Shown in pieces: positions 1-9,050 of a stretch of 64,000 nt of DNA (positions within the stretch are counted from its first letter, which is position 1; each line of letters begins with the position of its first letter). The stretch lies in NCBI GenBank assembly GCA_020248985.1, contig JADCGL010000021.1, positions 2,701 through 66,700 on the forward strand, written 5' to 3'. This DNA comes from Telmatospirillum sp. Its GTDB lineage: Bacteria; Pseudomonadota; Alphaproteobacteria; CACIAM-22H2. The notes beneath the pieces are model-generated. The model was not told the DNA's origin, searched no databases, and saw only the letters and a list, made by a program, of their open reading frames with translations. The position numbers and the translations under genes are program-made.

Positions 1-262
1 AGCTCCCACGACAGCGCCAGAGCGGGCTTGTAGACCGCATCGGTGTCGAGAATCACAAGCGGATCGGCGATGAAGGAGTTGAACAGCCAGGTCGACTGGA
101 ACGGATCGATATGCCCGTCGAGAGAAGCCGGCTCCTGGTTCGCCGGGAAAGCGATTGTGAGGTTGCCGCCCGATACGGGCGTTTGCGCCAAAGCTGCCGA
201 AGTTGCGAACAACGCGGCCACGGCAAGCGCCTGTAGCTTCGTTGCGATATACCGAAAGGTCA
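1..262 (-). CDS. ABC transporter substrate-binding protein, family 5 (peptide/nickel type); N-terminal part only, the gene runs off the left edge
   Basis: Reverse-complement translation from the ATG at 262-260: MTFRYIATKLQALAVAALFATSAALAQTPVSGGNLTIAFPANQEPASLDGHIDPFQSTWLF... This gives a signal peptide followed by a typical SBP_bac_5 N-terminus. A GGAGG RBS lies 6 nt upstream. It is absent from the ORF track because no stop codon falls inside the window. Confidence 0.75.
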
Positions 263-474
263 TGGGACGCCTCCTGTTTTATCTTCGAAGCTGTTGCCTA
301 CAATAAGGCAATCTCGCGACGGACGGTCAAGTCGTTTGTCACACATATGCGGCAATGGCCACGCGGCTGTATCGAAGTTTCCTGCCGTTCCGTGTCGTGC
401 AAAGTGTTGCGAGTTTCGTGCCATCGCGACGCATCGTTCTTCGTCTTTCGCGTGTGCAATTTCGGCCAACGATC

Positions 475-2187
475 CTAAGGCGTCGGCAGGGCCAAGGCCG
501 CCGCGACCATCTCAGCGCCGTAGTCGCGCTTGGCGGCCGCTAGCGACACTTTCTCCTGGCGAAGATCAGCCGCGAGCAACTCCAGCGGACGCTCCGACGG
601 CGGGCCAAACCCACCGCCGCCCAGCGTTTCGACGCGCACCGTTTCCCCTGCCCCCACCGAAAGGCCCGATGCCTTCGAATGCAGCACTTCTTCCCGATCC
701 GTGCCCGGATTTCGCACGATGCGCGTGACGCTCGACGGAAGGCCGCCGAACACGCCCGGTGCAGCGACGATATGCGCGTCCGAGCGCACCGACAGCGTCG
801 TGCCGTCGTTGAGGATGCGGATCTGGCGCGCCATGCCGAGTCCGCCGCGATGGCGCCCGGCCCCGCCTGAGTCCGGCACGAAGCAGTATTCGTCGAGCAA
901 CAGCGGATATTCGAGCTCGAGCGCTTCGACCGGCAGATTGGTCGAATTGACCGTATGCACATGCACGGCATCCATGCCGTCACGATCCTGGAAGGCGCCA
1001 ATGCCGCCGCCCATGCTCTCGGGATAGACGTAGGTCGTCTTGCGCCGCGGGTGCCAGCCCGAGACCGACGACGCCGACGTCGAATCGTTGCTCGAAGCCA
1101 TCGCACGTTCGATCGGCAAGGCCTGGAACAAGGCGCCGAACACGGCCCCGCAAAGGCGGTTCGACGTGACCGCGCGTGCAGCGACAGCCGCCGGCGGCCG
1201 CGGATTGACGATGCTCCCTGTGGGGGCTTCGATGCGGATCGGGTCGATGGCCCCTTGGTTTGGCATGAGCCCTGGATCAAGCACGGCTTTGACGCAGTAA
1301 TAGACCGAGGCTTTCAGCGCACTGTCCGGCAGATTGATCGCACCGCGCGCCTCAGGGCCGGAGCCCGCGAAATCGAAAGTCAACGTGTCGCCGCGAATGC
1401 GCGCCGTGCACACGATCGGCACTTGCGGCCCCGGGAAACCGTCGTCGTCCATCGCGCGTTCGAAACGGAAATCGCCGTCGGGCAAGGCCGCAATGCGGTT
1501 CTTGAGACGCTGGCTCGTATAGAGCAGCACGTCTTCGATGGCTTGTGCCACTGCGTCCCAGCCCATGCGGTCGCAGAGCTGCGTCAGCATGGCGCCCGCG
1601 CGGACATTCGTTCCGATCTGCGTGCGCAGATCAAGGCGGCGCTCTTCGGGGTCGCGCGTGTTGGAGGCGATCAGTTCGATAAGGTCTTCGTCGATGGTGC
1701 CGCCGCGCGCGATACGAATGACCGGCAGGCGAATGCCCTCTTCGAAAATCGTGCGCGACGTGCCCGAAGTCGAGCCCGGATTGCGGCCGCCGACATCGGC
1801 ATGGTGCGCAATGTTGCCGGCAAAGAAGCGCACGCGCCCGCCGATATGCACGGGAGTGATGATTGAGATATCGGGCAGATGGCTGCCGCCCGCGAGATAA
1901 GGATCGTTGCAGATGAACGCGTCGCCGGGGGCGAGATCCTCGAGCCGGTAGCGTTTGAGGATCGTCTCGACCGCGCCCATCATCGCGCCGAGATGGATAG
2001 GGATATGCTCGGCCTGGGCAATCAAGCGGCCGCTCGAATCGATGATAGCGGTCGAGCAGTCGCGCCGCTCTTTGATGTTGGTCGAGAAGGACGAGCGTAT
2101 CAGGATCGAGCCCATGTCTTCGGCGATCGCAAGCACGCGATTGGAAAAAACTTCCATCTGGATCGGGTCGGCAATGCGCTTGGTCAT
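475..2187 (-). CDS. hyuB: Hydantoinase B / 5-oxoprolinase family protein (HyuB-like), about 570 aa
   Basis: The C-terminal 570 aa of ORF 475..2898 begin MTKRIADPIQMEVFSNRVLAIAEDMG and match the HyuB family throughout. The upstream 237 aa of that ORF are Arg-rich, GC-driven read-through. The ATG at 2187 overlaps the hyuA stop in an ATGA arrangement. Confidence 0.9.
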   Translation of the reverse strand: MTKRIADPIQMEVFSNRVLAIAEDMGSILIRSSFSTNIKERRDCSTAIIDSSGRLIAQAEHIPIHLGAMMGAVETILKRYRLEDLAPGDAFICNDPYLAGGSHLPDISIITPVHIGGRVRFFAGNIAHHADVGGRNPGSTSGTSRTIFEEGIRLPVIRIARGGTIDEDLIELIASNTRDPEERRLDLRTQIGTNVRAGAMLTQLCDRMGWDAVAQAIEDVLLYTSQRLKNRIAALPDGDFRFERAMDDDGFPGPQVPIVCTARIRGDTLTFDFAGSGPEARGAINLPDSALKASVYYCVKAVLDPGLMPNQGAIDPIRIEAPTGSIVNPRPPAAVAARAVTSNRLCGAVFGALFQALPIERAMASSNDSTSASSVSGWHPRRKTTYVYPESMGGGIGAFQDRDGMDAVHVHTVNSTNLPVEALELEYPLLLDEYCFVPDSGGAGRHRGGLGMARQIRILNDGTTLSVRSDAHIVAAPGVFGGLPSSVTRIVRNPGTDREEVLHSKASGLSVGAGETVRVETLGGGGFGPPSERPLELLAADLRQEKVSLAAAKRDYGAEMVAAALALPTP

Positions 2188-4259
2188 GGTGCAACCTGCA
2201 GAACGATGTTTCCCCAAGTATCGACGCGCGCCGTCTGGCCGGACAGGATAAGCGTTGTCGCACTCATCTCGTTGACGATCGCAGGTCCCGGAATATCGAC
2301 GCCGATCGGCAACTTCTCGCGCTGATAGACGGGTGCTTCCTGCCAGCCATGGCGTGCATCGACATAGACTTTGCGGGCACCGATCGCGGCGTCGGCAAGC
2401 CTGGCGCCGCCCACGATTTTGGCCTGCGGCGCCTTCGGTACTTCGCCGATCGCCTGAATGCGAGCCGAGACGAACTCGATGTCGCGCCCCGGGATCGAAT
2501 AGCCGTAGGCGAGCAGATGCGCCGCGTGGAACCGTTCGATGAGCGTACCAAGCGCGTCGGCGCCCAAACCGTCGCAGCCGACTTTCACTTCGAAATTCTG
2601 GCCGCGATAGCGCGCATCGAGCACGCGCTTGAAGCGTCGCCGCGGTTCGGCGATGGCTTCGCGGGCGAGCCACGCATTGCCCTCGGCGATCATCGCCTCG
2701 AACAGGGCCAGCACTGCGCGCCAATTTTCGGGGCTCGCGTCGCAGAAATGGCTGCGCACATAGTCCGACGACAGGTCGGTCAGCAGCATGCCGCGCGCGC
2801 ACAGCGTGCCTGGTTCGCGCGGGATAAGGGCACGCGGAATGCCGCATTCGACGGCCACTTCGGCCGCGTGCAAAGGCCCTGCCCCGCCGAACGCGCAAAG
2901 TGCAAATTCCGACAGATCGTAGCCCTTCTCGATCGAAACCGAACGGATTGCGCGGCTCATATTCGCGTTGGCGATCTGGACAATGCCATGCGCCGCCGCT
3001 TCAATCGAAAGCCCGAGCGGCTTGGCGATCGTGTCGTGGATCGCGCGCTTGGCGGCGTCGAGATCGATCGTCATGCGCCCGCCGAGCAGGCTTGTCGCAT
3101 CGAGACGGCCGAGGCACAGATTGGCATCCGTAATCGTCGGCGCTGTACCCCCGCGCCCATAGGCGACGGGTCCCGGATCGGCACCGGCCGATTCAGGCCC
3201 GACTTTCATCGCACCCGCATCGTCGATGCGCGCGATCGAGCCGCCGCCCGCCCCGATCACATGGATGTCGATCATCGGCGTTTTCACGGGATAGCCCGCC
3301 ACGAGACGATTGGCCGTGTAGCTCGGATTGGAATCGCGGATAAGCGACACGTCGGTCGATGTACCCCCAACGTCAAACGTGATGAGATCGGGGAACCCCG
3401 AAACGCGGCCGATTTCGGCGGCACCAACTACACCTGCAGCCGGCCCCGAAACGCACGAGCGCACCGGACATGCGCGCACGGTTTCGATCGACATAAGACC
3501 GCCGTTCGAATGGATCGTATAAGGCTGCACGTCGATGCCCACACTGCGCACGCGCGCCTGGAAGCGCTCGAGATAATTGCCCATGCGCGGGCCCACAAAG
3601 GCGTTCACGACCGTCGTCGAAACACGTTCGAACTCGCGGAACTCCGGCAGGATTTCGCTCGAGACACTGACATAGGCCTCCGGCATCAGCTTCTCGACCG
3701 CGCGCTTGGCCGCTTGCTCGTGGTCCGCACGCCGATAGCTGTGCAGGAAGCAGATCGCGACACTCTCGACCTTGGCGGCGCGCAGCGCTTCGACGGCCTC
3801 CGTCAGCGATTTTTCGTCGAGCGGCGTCAGCACCTTCCCATCGGGCCCCACGCGCTCCGTCACTTCGACTCGCCGTTCGCGCGGCACGAGGACGGGCGGC
3901 TTCTGCACCCGATAATCGTAGATCGACGGCCGCGCCTGGCGCCCGAGTTCGAGCACGTCGCGAAAGCCACGCGTGGTCAAAAGCCCCGTACGCGCCCCGC
4001 GCCGCTCGATCACGATGTTCGTGGCCACGGTTGTGCCGTGCCCCAAATAGGCGATCGCGGCCGGATCGATCGAGAACGTCGAAACGATCTGTCGCAGCCC
4101 GTCTTCGATCGCCTGCGACGGATCTTTGGGGGTCGAGGGAACTTTGAAAAAGCGAATGGCGTCGTTTCGCTCGTCCAGAATCGTGAAGTCCGTGAAAGTC
4201 CCGCCAACGTCGACGCCAATTCGAAACATCGTGTCTTGCTCCAGTCCAGGTTCACTCAT
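2184..4259 (-). CDS. hyuA: Hydantoinase A / oxoprolinase family protein (HyuA-like)
   Basis: MFRIGVDVGGTFTDF... ROK/hydantoinase_A N-terminus and family-wide similarity over about 690 aa. The more likely start is MFRIGV at 4229, which has a GGAG RBS; 4259 is the longest-ORF start. Confidence 0.9.
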   Translation of the reverse strand: MSEPGLEQDTMFRIGVDVGGTFTDFTILDERNDAIRFFKVPSTPKDPSQAIEDGLRQIVSTFSIDPAAIAYLGHGTTVATNIVIERRGARTGLLTTRGFRDVLELGRQARPSIYDYRVQKPPVLVPRERRVEVTERVGPDGKVLTPLDEKSLTEAVEALRAAKVESVAICFLHSYRRADHEQAAKRAVEKLMPEAYVSVSSEILPEFREFERVSTTVVNAFVGPRMGNYLERFQARVRSVGIDVQPYTIHSNGGLMSIETVRACPVRSCVSGPAAGVVGAAEIGRVSGFPDLITFDVGGTSTDVSLIRDSNPSYTANRLVAGYPVKTPMIDIHVIGAGGGSIARIDDAGAMKVGPESAGADPGPVAYGRGGTAPTITDANLCLGRLDATSLLGGRMTIDLDAAKRAIHDTIAKPLGLSIEAAAHGIVQIANANMSRAIRSVSIEKGYDLSEFALCAFGGAGPLHAAEVAVECGIPRALIPREPGTLCARGMLLTDLSSDYVRSHFCDASPENWRAVLALFEAMIAEGNAWLAREAIAEPRRRFKRVLDARYRGQNFEVKVGCDGLGADALGTLIERFHAAHLLAYGYSIPGRDIEFVSARIQAIGEVPKAPQAKIVGGARLADAAIGARKVYVDARHGWQEAPVYQREKLPIGVDIPGPAIVNEMSATTLILSGQTARVDTWGNIVLQVAP

Positions 4260-4289
4260 GCAATATCAAATGACGTTTGTATGCAAGAT

Positions 4290-4303
4290 GAATGTATACA
4301 AAG
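4290..4303. promoter_or_regulatory. Conserved 14-mer GAATGTATACAAAG upstream of hyuA (copy 1 of 2)
   Basis: Identical to 49828..49841. It lies 30-60 nt upstream of the hyuA start on the minus strand and contains the TGTATACA palindrome. The flanking sequence repeats TTTGTAT. Confidence 0.5.
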
Positions 4304-4327
4304 ATGGTTTCCCTATGGAATCAGCGA

Positions 4328-5206
4328 CTAAGTGGTCGTCGTAAATTCGACAAACAAGCGATACGGCGCGGCCTCGCCCGGTCCGAGAAAACGCACGCCG
4401 GGCCGCCTTTCCAAGCTGCCGTCGCTCATATCGGTTTCGGCAAGTCCTTGCCACGGCTCGATACACAAGAAGGGCGCACCAGGCTTCGTCCAGATGCCGA
4501 GCTGCGGCGAATCGGGGAAGCGCACGTCGATGCCTTCGGCCCCCTCCGGCCCGAACCAAACGCGGCGCGAAGCAACCGTCTCAAAATGCAGCGCGCCGGC
4601 CGCAAACATAGCATCCTCGGGCACCAAGCGTCGCCCGACGACCGGCGTTGGAAAGCCTTGCGGCTTCAGCAAGCCCGTCGCCACATCAGCACGGCGAATG
4701 GGTGCGGTCTCCGGCTGTTCGAACATACAGACATAGCGGCCGCGCAATGTCGGCTCCGTTGGCCACACGAAACCCGGATGATAGCCAAAGCAATAGGGCA
4801 TCGTTTCGTCGCCGTCGTTGCGCACGATGGCCAACATCGCTACGCCCGCCGCTTCGACGCGCACTTCGACGCGGAGATTGAAAGCATATGGAAAATGCAG
4901 CCGCGTTTGCGCGTCGTCCTTCTGCTCGAAGATTGCTGACTGCGCGTCGTGTGCAACAAGTGTGCAGTCGCGATCGCGGAAAAAACCGTGCGGCGGCATC
5001 GGATAGGTCTTGCCGGCGATCGATACGGCGGCGCCCTTCGACCGGCCGATCACCGGGAACAGCAGCGGCGCACATGAGTCCCACCAGACTGGGTCGCGCT
5101 GCCACAGCCTTTGCGTGCCGTGCCATTTGAGGCTCACCAGTTCGGCGCCGCGCAAGGCAAACCGCGCCTCGACCGCCGAATTGCCAATCTGAATTTCACG
5201 TTCCAT
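4328..5206 (-). CDS. Aldose 1-epimerase (mutarotase) family protein
   Basis: 292 aa with the mutarotase-fold pattern (…FPYAFNLRVEV…FGYHPGF…EPW…). A GAGGTG RBS lies 8 nt upstream of the ATG. Confidence 0.8.
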   Translation of the reverse strand: MEREIQIGNSAVEARFALRGAELVSLKWHGTQRLWQRDPVWWDSCAPLLFPVIGRSKGAAVSIAGKTYPMPPHGFFRDRDCTLVAHDAQSAIFEQKDDAQTRLHFPYAFNLRVEVRVEAAGVAMLAIVRNDGDETMPYCFGYHPGFVWPTEPTLRGRYVCMFEQPETAPIRRADVATGLLKPQGFPTPVVGRRLVPEDAMFAAGALHFETVASRRVWFGPEGAEGIDVRFPDSPQLGIWTKPGAPFLCIEPWQGLAETDMSDGSLERRPGVRFLGPGEAAPYRLFVEFTTTT

Positions 5207-5306
5207 TGCCGCACACCTCGAACGGAAATTTCAAAAATGAAGATCTATAGCCCTGATACGGCATTAAATATCCGATTTTTCGACCTGTGCGAAAGAATAT
5301 TCTAGA

Positions 5307-5333
5307 TTGACATGAAACAGGCATTCATATTAT
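5307..5333 (+). promoter_or_regulatory. Sigma70-like promoter for the IclR-SMP30 fusion gene
   Basis: TTGACA at 5307-5312, a 15-17 nt spacer, then TATTAT/ATATTA at about 5328-5333. It sits in an AT-rich divergent spacer about 40 nt upstream of the GTG start at 5375. Confidence 0.45.
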
Positions 5334-5374
5334 GAAACTCGAACCAGACGCAGGGCTGGGTACCAGGGGGAAAC

Positions 5375-7099
5375 GTGAAAAAACTGGCGGTCGTTACCGA
5401 CAGCGAAGTGCCGATCGACCAGGGGCGCGAAATCCCCGGCGCCCAAGCTTTGCGGCGCGGCCTGTCGCTGCTCGACATCGTCGCGGAACACCCCAGCCGC
5501 CTACGCTTCAGCGAAATCGCCGACAAGGCCGGCCTCACCCGTGCCACTGCCCACCGCATGCTCGCAACCCTCGTCGAAGCGGGCCTGCTGCGCATCGACG
5601 AGCGCGACCAGACCTACAGCCTCGGCTTCCGCCTGTTCGAAATGGCGCATCGCGTGTGGGACCAATTCGATCTGCGCAGCGCGGCCGAGCCCGAACTCGA
5701 ACGCTTGCGCGATCTCACTGGTGAGACGATCCGCCTCGGCATTCTCGACGGCGACAGCATCCTTTATATCGACCAGCGCGAAGCGGCCCAAGCCGTGCGC
5801 TTGGGCAATGGTGTTGGCTCGCGCACGGCATGCCATGCGAGCGGTGCGGGCAAGGCAATCCTTGCCCATCTGGATCCGCTGACGCGCGATCGACTTTTGA
5901 ACGCCTTGGGATTGCAGCGCTTCACGCCGAACACGATCACCGAGCGCGACCCGCTCGACCGAGAACTCGATCTCACCAAAGCGCGCGGCTACGCCGTGTC
6001 GCTTGAAGAGCAGCATCTCGGCATCAACTCAGTCGCGGCCCCGATCCTCGATCCGCGCGCGCGCTCGATCGGCGCCATAGCGATCGTCGGCCCCTCCTAT
6101 CGCCTGCCGCTCGACCAGTTGCACGCACTCGGGCGCGACGTGATGGAGGCCGCACGGCGCATCTCCGGCAATGCAGGACAGGTCGCGATGTCGATCCAAA
6201 TAAGCCCGCGCCCGCTCGGTGCCGACCGCGACGACTTGGTCTCGGCCATTCCGACCACGGCGTTCCTCGGCGAGGGGCCCGTGTGGCTTCCCGAGGCCAA
6301 GCGCCTGCTGATGGTCGATATCCTCGCTCCGGCGGCGATCGTCGCCGATCCCGAAAGTGGGGCTTTCGTTTCGCACGCCATGCCGGAACTCATCAGCGCC
6401 ATCGTGCCGCGCCGTCGCGGCGGCTATGTCGCCGCCATGCAGAGCGGCTTCAAGACCATCGATCTCGACGGCGGCGGCAGCGCGCTTATCGCGGCACCCG
6501 AGGCCGACCGCCCGGGCAACCGCTTCAACGACGGCAAATGCGACCGGCGCGGCCGCTTCTGGGCCGGCACGCTCGCGATCGACACGACGCCCGGGCACGG
6601 TGCGCTCTATCGCCTCGACCCGGACGGGCGCTGCACCAAAATGGACAGCGGCTTCCACGTGTCGAACGGGCTTGGCTGGAGCGCCGACGACCGCACATTC
6701 TATTTCACAGACTCAGGTCCCAAGCGCATCTACGCCTACGACTACGACATCGAAACCGGATCGATCGCCAATCGGCGCATCTTCGTGCAATTGCCCGACG
6801 GCGTGGGCACGCCGGACGGGCTTGCGGTCGATGCGCAAGGTTTCGTGTGGTCGGCGCATTGGGACGGCTGGTGCGTCACTCGCTACGACCCCGACGGCAA
6901 GGTAGATCGCGTGATCAACCTGCCCGTCCCGCGCCCAACGAGCTGCGCCTTCGGCGGGCCGGACCTCGCCACGCTCTACATCACGAGTGCGCGCATTCGC
7001 CTGTCGGCCCAGCAGCTGGCCGAGGCGCCGCTGTCGGGCAGCGTGTTCGCCCTCAAATCAGGCTTCCGCGGTTTGGCGGAATCCCCGTTCGCCGGCTGA
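5375..7099 (+). CDS. Fusion protein: IclR-family transcriptional regulator (N-terminal about 270 aa) joined to an SMP-30/gluconolactonase/LRE-like beta-propeller domain (C-terminal about 300 aa)
   Basis: GTG start with a GGGGGA RBS. The N-terminus has an HTH (LDIVAEHPSRLRFSEIADKAGLTRATAHRMLATLVEAGLL) and an IclR effector domain. The C-terminus has SMP-30 motifs (LGEGPVW, NDGKCD, GRFWAGT, SNGLGWS, DGLAVD, GGPDLATLYITSA). It is one continuous 574-aa frame. Confidence 0.85.
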   Translation: MKKLAVVTDSEVPIDQGREIPGAQALRRGLSLLDIVAEHPSRLRFSEIADKAGLTRATAHRMLATLVEAGLLRIDERDQTYSLGFRLFEMAHRVWDQFDLRSAAEPELERLRDLTGETIRLGILDGDSILYIDQREAAQAVRLGNGVGSRTACHASGAGKAILAHLDPLTRDRLLNALGLQRFTPNTITERDPLDRELDLTKARGYAVSLEEQHLGINSVAAPILDPRARSIGAIAIVGPSYRLPLDQLHALGRDVMEAARRISGNAGQVAMSIQISPRPLGADRDDLVSAIPTTAFLGEGPVWLPEAKRLLMVDILAPAAIVADPESGAFVSHAMPELISAIVPRRRGGYVAAMQSGFKTIDLDGGGSALIAAPEADRPGNRFNDGKCDRRGRFWAGTLAIDTTPGHGALYRLDPDGRCTKMDSGFHVSNGLGWSADDRTFYFTDSGPKRIYAYDYDIETGSIANRRIFVQLPDGVGTPDGLAVDAQGFVWSAHWDGWCVTRYDPDGKVDRVINLPVPRPTSCAFGGPDLATLYITSARIRLSAQQLAEAPLSGSVFALKSGFRGLAESPFAG

Positions 7100-7114
7100 G
7101 GAGCACGCAGAAAA

Positions 7115-8197
7115 ATGGCCAGCGTCCGCCTTGAGAATGTCAAAAAAAGTTTCGCCGGTACGCATGTGCTGCACGGCATCGATCTCGCGATCGACGACGG
7201 CGAGTTCGTCGTGTTTGTGGGCCCGTCGGGCTGCGGAAAATCGACCTTGTTGCGCCTTATCTGCGGGCTCGACGAAGTCACGTCGGGCCGCATCGCGATC
7301 GACGGCGAGATCGTAAACGACGTGCCGCCCGCCAAACGTGGCATCGCGATGGTGTTCCAATCCTACGCGCTCTATCCGCATATGAGCGTGGCCGAGAATA
7401 TGGGCTATGCGCTGCGCCTTGCCGGCACGCCGAAAGACGAGATCGCGCGCCGCGTGGGCGCCGCCGCCGCCGTGCTGCGCCTCGAGGCTCTGCTGACGCG
7501 CAAGCCGCGCCAGCTTTCCGGCGGCCAGCGCCAGCGTGTGGCGATCGGGCGCGCCATCGTACGCGAACCGCGCGTGTTTTTGTTCGACGAGCCGCTCTCA
7601 AATCTCGACGCCGCTTTGCGCATCGACATGCGCACCGAGATCGCCAGCCTCAAGCAGCGCCTCGGCACCACAATGGTCTATGTCACGCACGACCAGATCG
7701 AGGCGATGACGCTCGCCGACAAGATTGTCGTGATGCATGCGGGCCGCGTCGAACAAGTGGGTGCCCCGCTCGATCTCTATCGCCGCCCCGCCAACCGCTT
7801 CGTTGCGACCTTCATCGGCTCGCCGCGTATGAATCTCGTTCCTGCGACAAGCGATGTTGGCGGCATCGTGCGACTGGCCGACGGCACGCCCACTAAGCTG
7901 CGCGCGACAAACGCCGCCGAAATCGGCCTGCGCGCCGAGCATCTGCGGCTGTGCGCAGACGGCGAAGCCGCCGATTTCGAAGGAACCGCAATTGCCGTCG
8001 AGCATCACGGCGCCGATCTTTATGCGCATGTGCGCCTCGCGCGGACGCAGGCGACTTTGATCGTCCGCCAGGTCGGCGACAGTGCGCTTGGCGTTGGCGC
8101 ATCCGTCCGCATCGCCGTCGATTGGAACCAGGCGCACGTGTTCGCCGCCGATGGGATGCGCTGCCAGACCGAGACCGACACGAAGGTGGCCGCATGA
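7115..8197 (+). CDS. Sugar ABC transporter ATP-binding protein (MalK/UgpC type)
   Basis: Walker [10 protein letters not shown], signature LSGGQRQR, Walker [11 protein letters not shown], and a C-terminal MalK-type TOBE domain. A GAGGAG RBS is present. Confidence 0.9.
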   Translation: MASVRLENVKKSFAGTHVLHGIDLAIDDGEFVVFVGPSGCGKSTLLRLICGLDEVTSGRIAIDGEIVNDVPPAKRGIAMVFQSYALYPHMSVAENMGYALRLAGTPKDEIARRVGAAAAVLRLEALLTRKPRQLSGGQRQRVAIGRAIVREPRVFLFDEPLSNLDAALRIDMRTEIASLKQRLGTTMVYVTHDQIEAMTLADKIVVMHAGRVEQVGAPLDLYRRPANRFVATFIGSPRMNLVPATSDVGGIVRLADGTPTKLRATNAAEIGLRAEHLRLCADGEAADFEGTAIAVEHHGADLYAHVRLARTQATLIVRQVGDSALGVGASVRIAVDWNQAHVFAADGMRCQTETDTKVAA

Positions 8198-8961
8198 GCG
8201 CGATCTATCCCGATCTTGCCGGCATGCCGGTTTTGATCACGGGCGGTGCTTCGGGCATTGGCGAAGCCCTCGTGGCGGCCTTCGCCGCTCAGAAAGCACG
8301 CGTCGCGACGGTCGACATCAATGCCGATCGCCTGCGCCAAACCGCCGAGACGGTCAGAGCGCAGACTGGCGCAAAAATCGAAACCGCCTGTCTGGATCTG
8401 CGCGACGTACCCGCATTGCGCGCGGCCGCAGCCGAACTCGCCGCGAAAACCGGAACCTTCCGCGCCCTCATCAACAATGCCGGCGACGATGCGCGCCACC
8501 CTTGGCGCGACATGACGCCCGAATTGTGGGACGAACGCTTCGCCGTGAACGCGCGCCACCAGTTTTTCGCCGCCCAAGCGGTTGCACCTGCCATGGGCGA
8601 AGCGGGCGGCGGCTCGATCATAAATCTCGGTTCGATTTCCTGGATGTTCGGGGCTGCCGGCCTCATCGCCTACACGACCGCCAAATCCGCGATCATGGGC
8701 CTCACCAAATCGCTCGCGCGCGAACTCGGCGGTTTGCGCATCCGCGTAAATTCGATCGCCCCGGGCTGGGTGCTGACCGAAAAGCAGATCGCGCGCGCCA
8801 ATGCCGAGGATCCGGCCAAGTTCAAAGCCTATCTCGACCGCCAATGCCTCAAGGAACATCTCGAACCCGCCGACGTCGCCAAGCTCGCTTTGTGGCTGGC
8901 ATCGGCGGAATCGCAACGCTGCACCGGCCAGACTTTCGTGCTCGACGCCGGCGTGGTCTAG
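8194..8961 (+). CDS. SDR-family oxidoreductase (probable sugar 1-dehydrogenase)
   Basis: TGGASGIG glycine motif and a YxxxK-type core (AYTTAKSA). Its ATG overlaps the upstream stop as ATGA. The ORF-track start at 7951 is a spurious extension. Confidence 0.85.
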   Translation: MSAIYPDLAGMPVLITGGASGIGEALVAAFAAQKARVATVDINADRLRQTAETVRAQTGAKIETACLDLRDVPALRAAAAELAAKTGTFRALINNAGDDARHPWRDMTPELWDERFAVNARHQFFAAQAVAPAMGEAGGGSIINLGSISWMFGAAGLIAYTTAKSAIMGLTKSLARELGGLRIRVNSIAPGWVLTEKQIARANAEDPAKFKAYLDRQCLKEHLEPADVAKLALWLASAESQRCTGQTFVLDAGVV

Positions 8962-9050
8962 ACGCCTCTGCACAACTGCGCGGTCGCGGCGCGCAGCAAA
9001 AAGAACAACGGACCTTCCGCGAGGTCCGAACATCGAGGGGAGAAACGACA

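Noticed and set aside
475-2898. N-terminal extensions of ORF-track entries, for example 475-2898, 7951-8961, 8082-10334, 10729-13026, 13228-15117, 16066-17277, 16770-18110, 18809-21142, 31113-33731, 33732-35726, 51327-54401, 53345-55669, 58303-60087, 60299-63004 and 62296-63564
   Set aside because: The longest-ORF convention, which also uses GTG/TTG starts, runs upstream through the preceding gene. The homology-supported start sits well inside each ORF, usually with an RBS and often an ATGA overlap with the upstream stop. The features use the trimmed coordinates.
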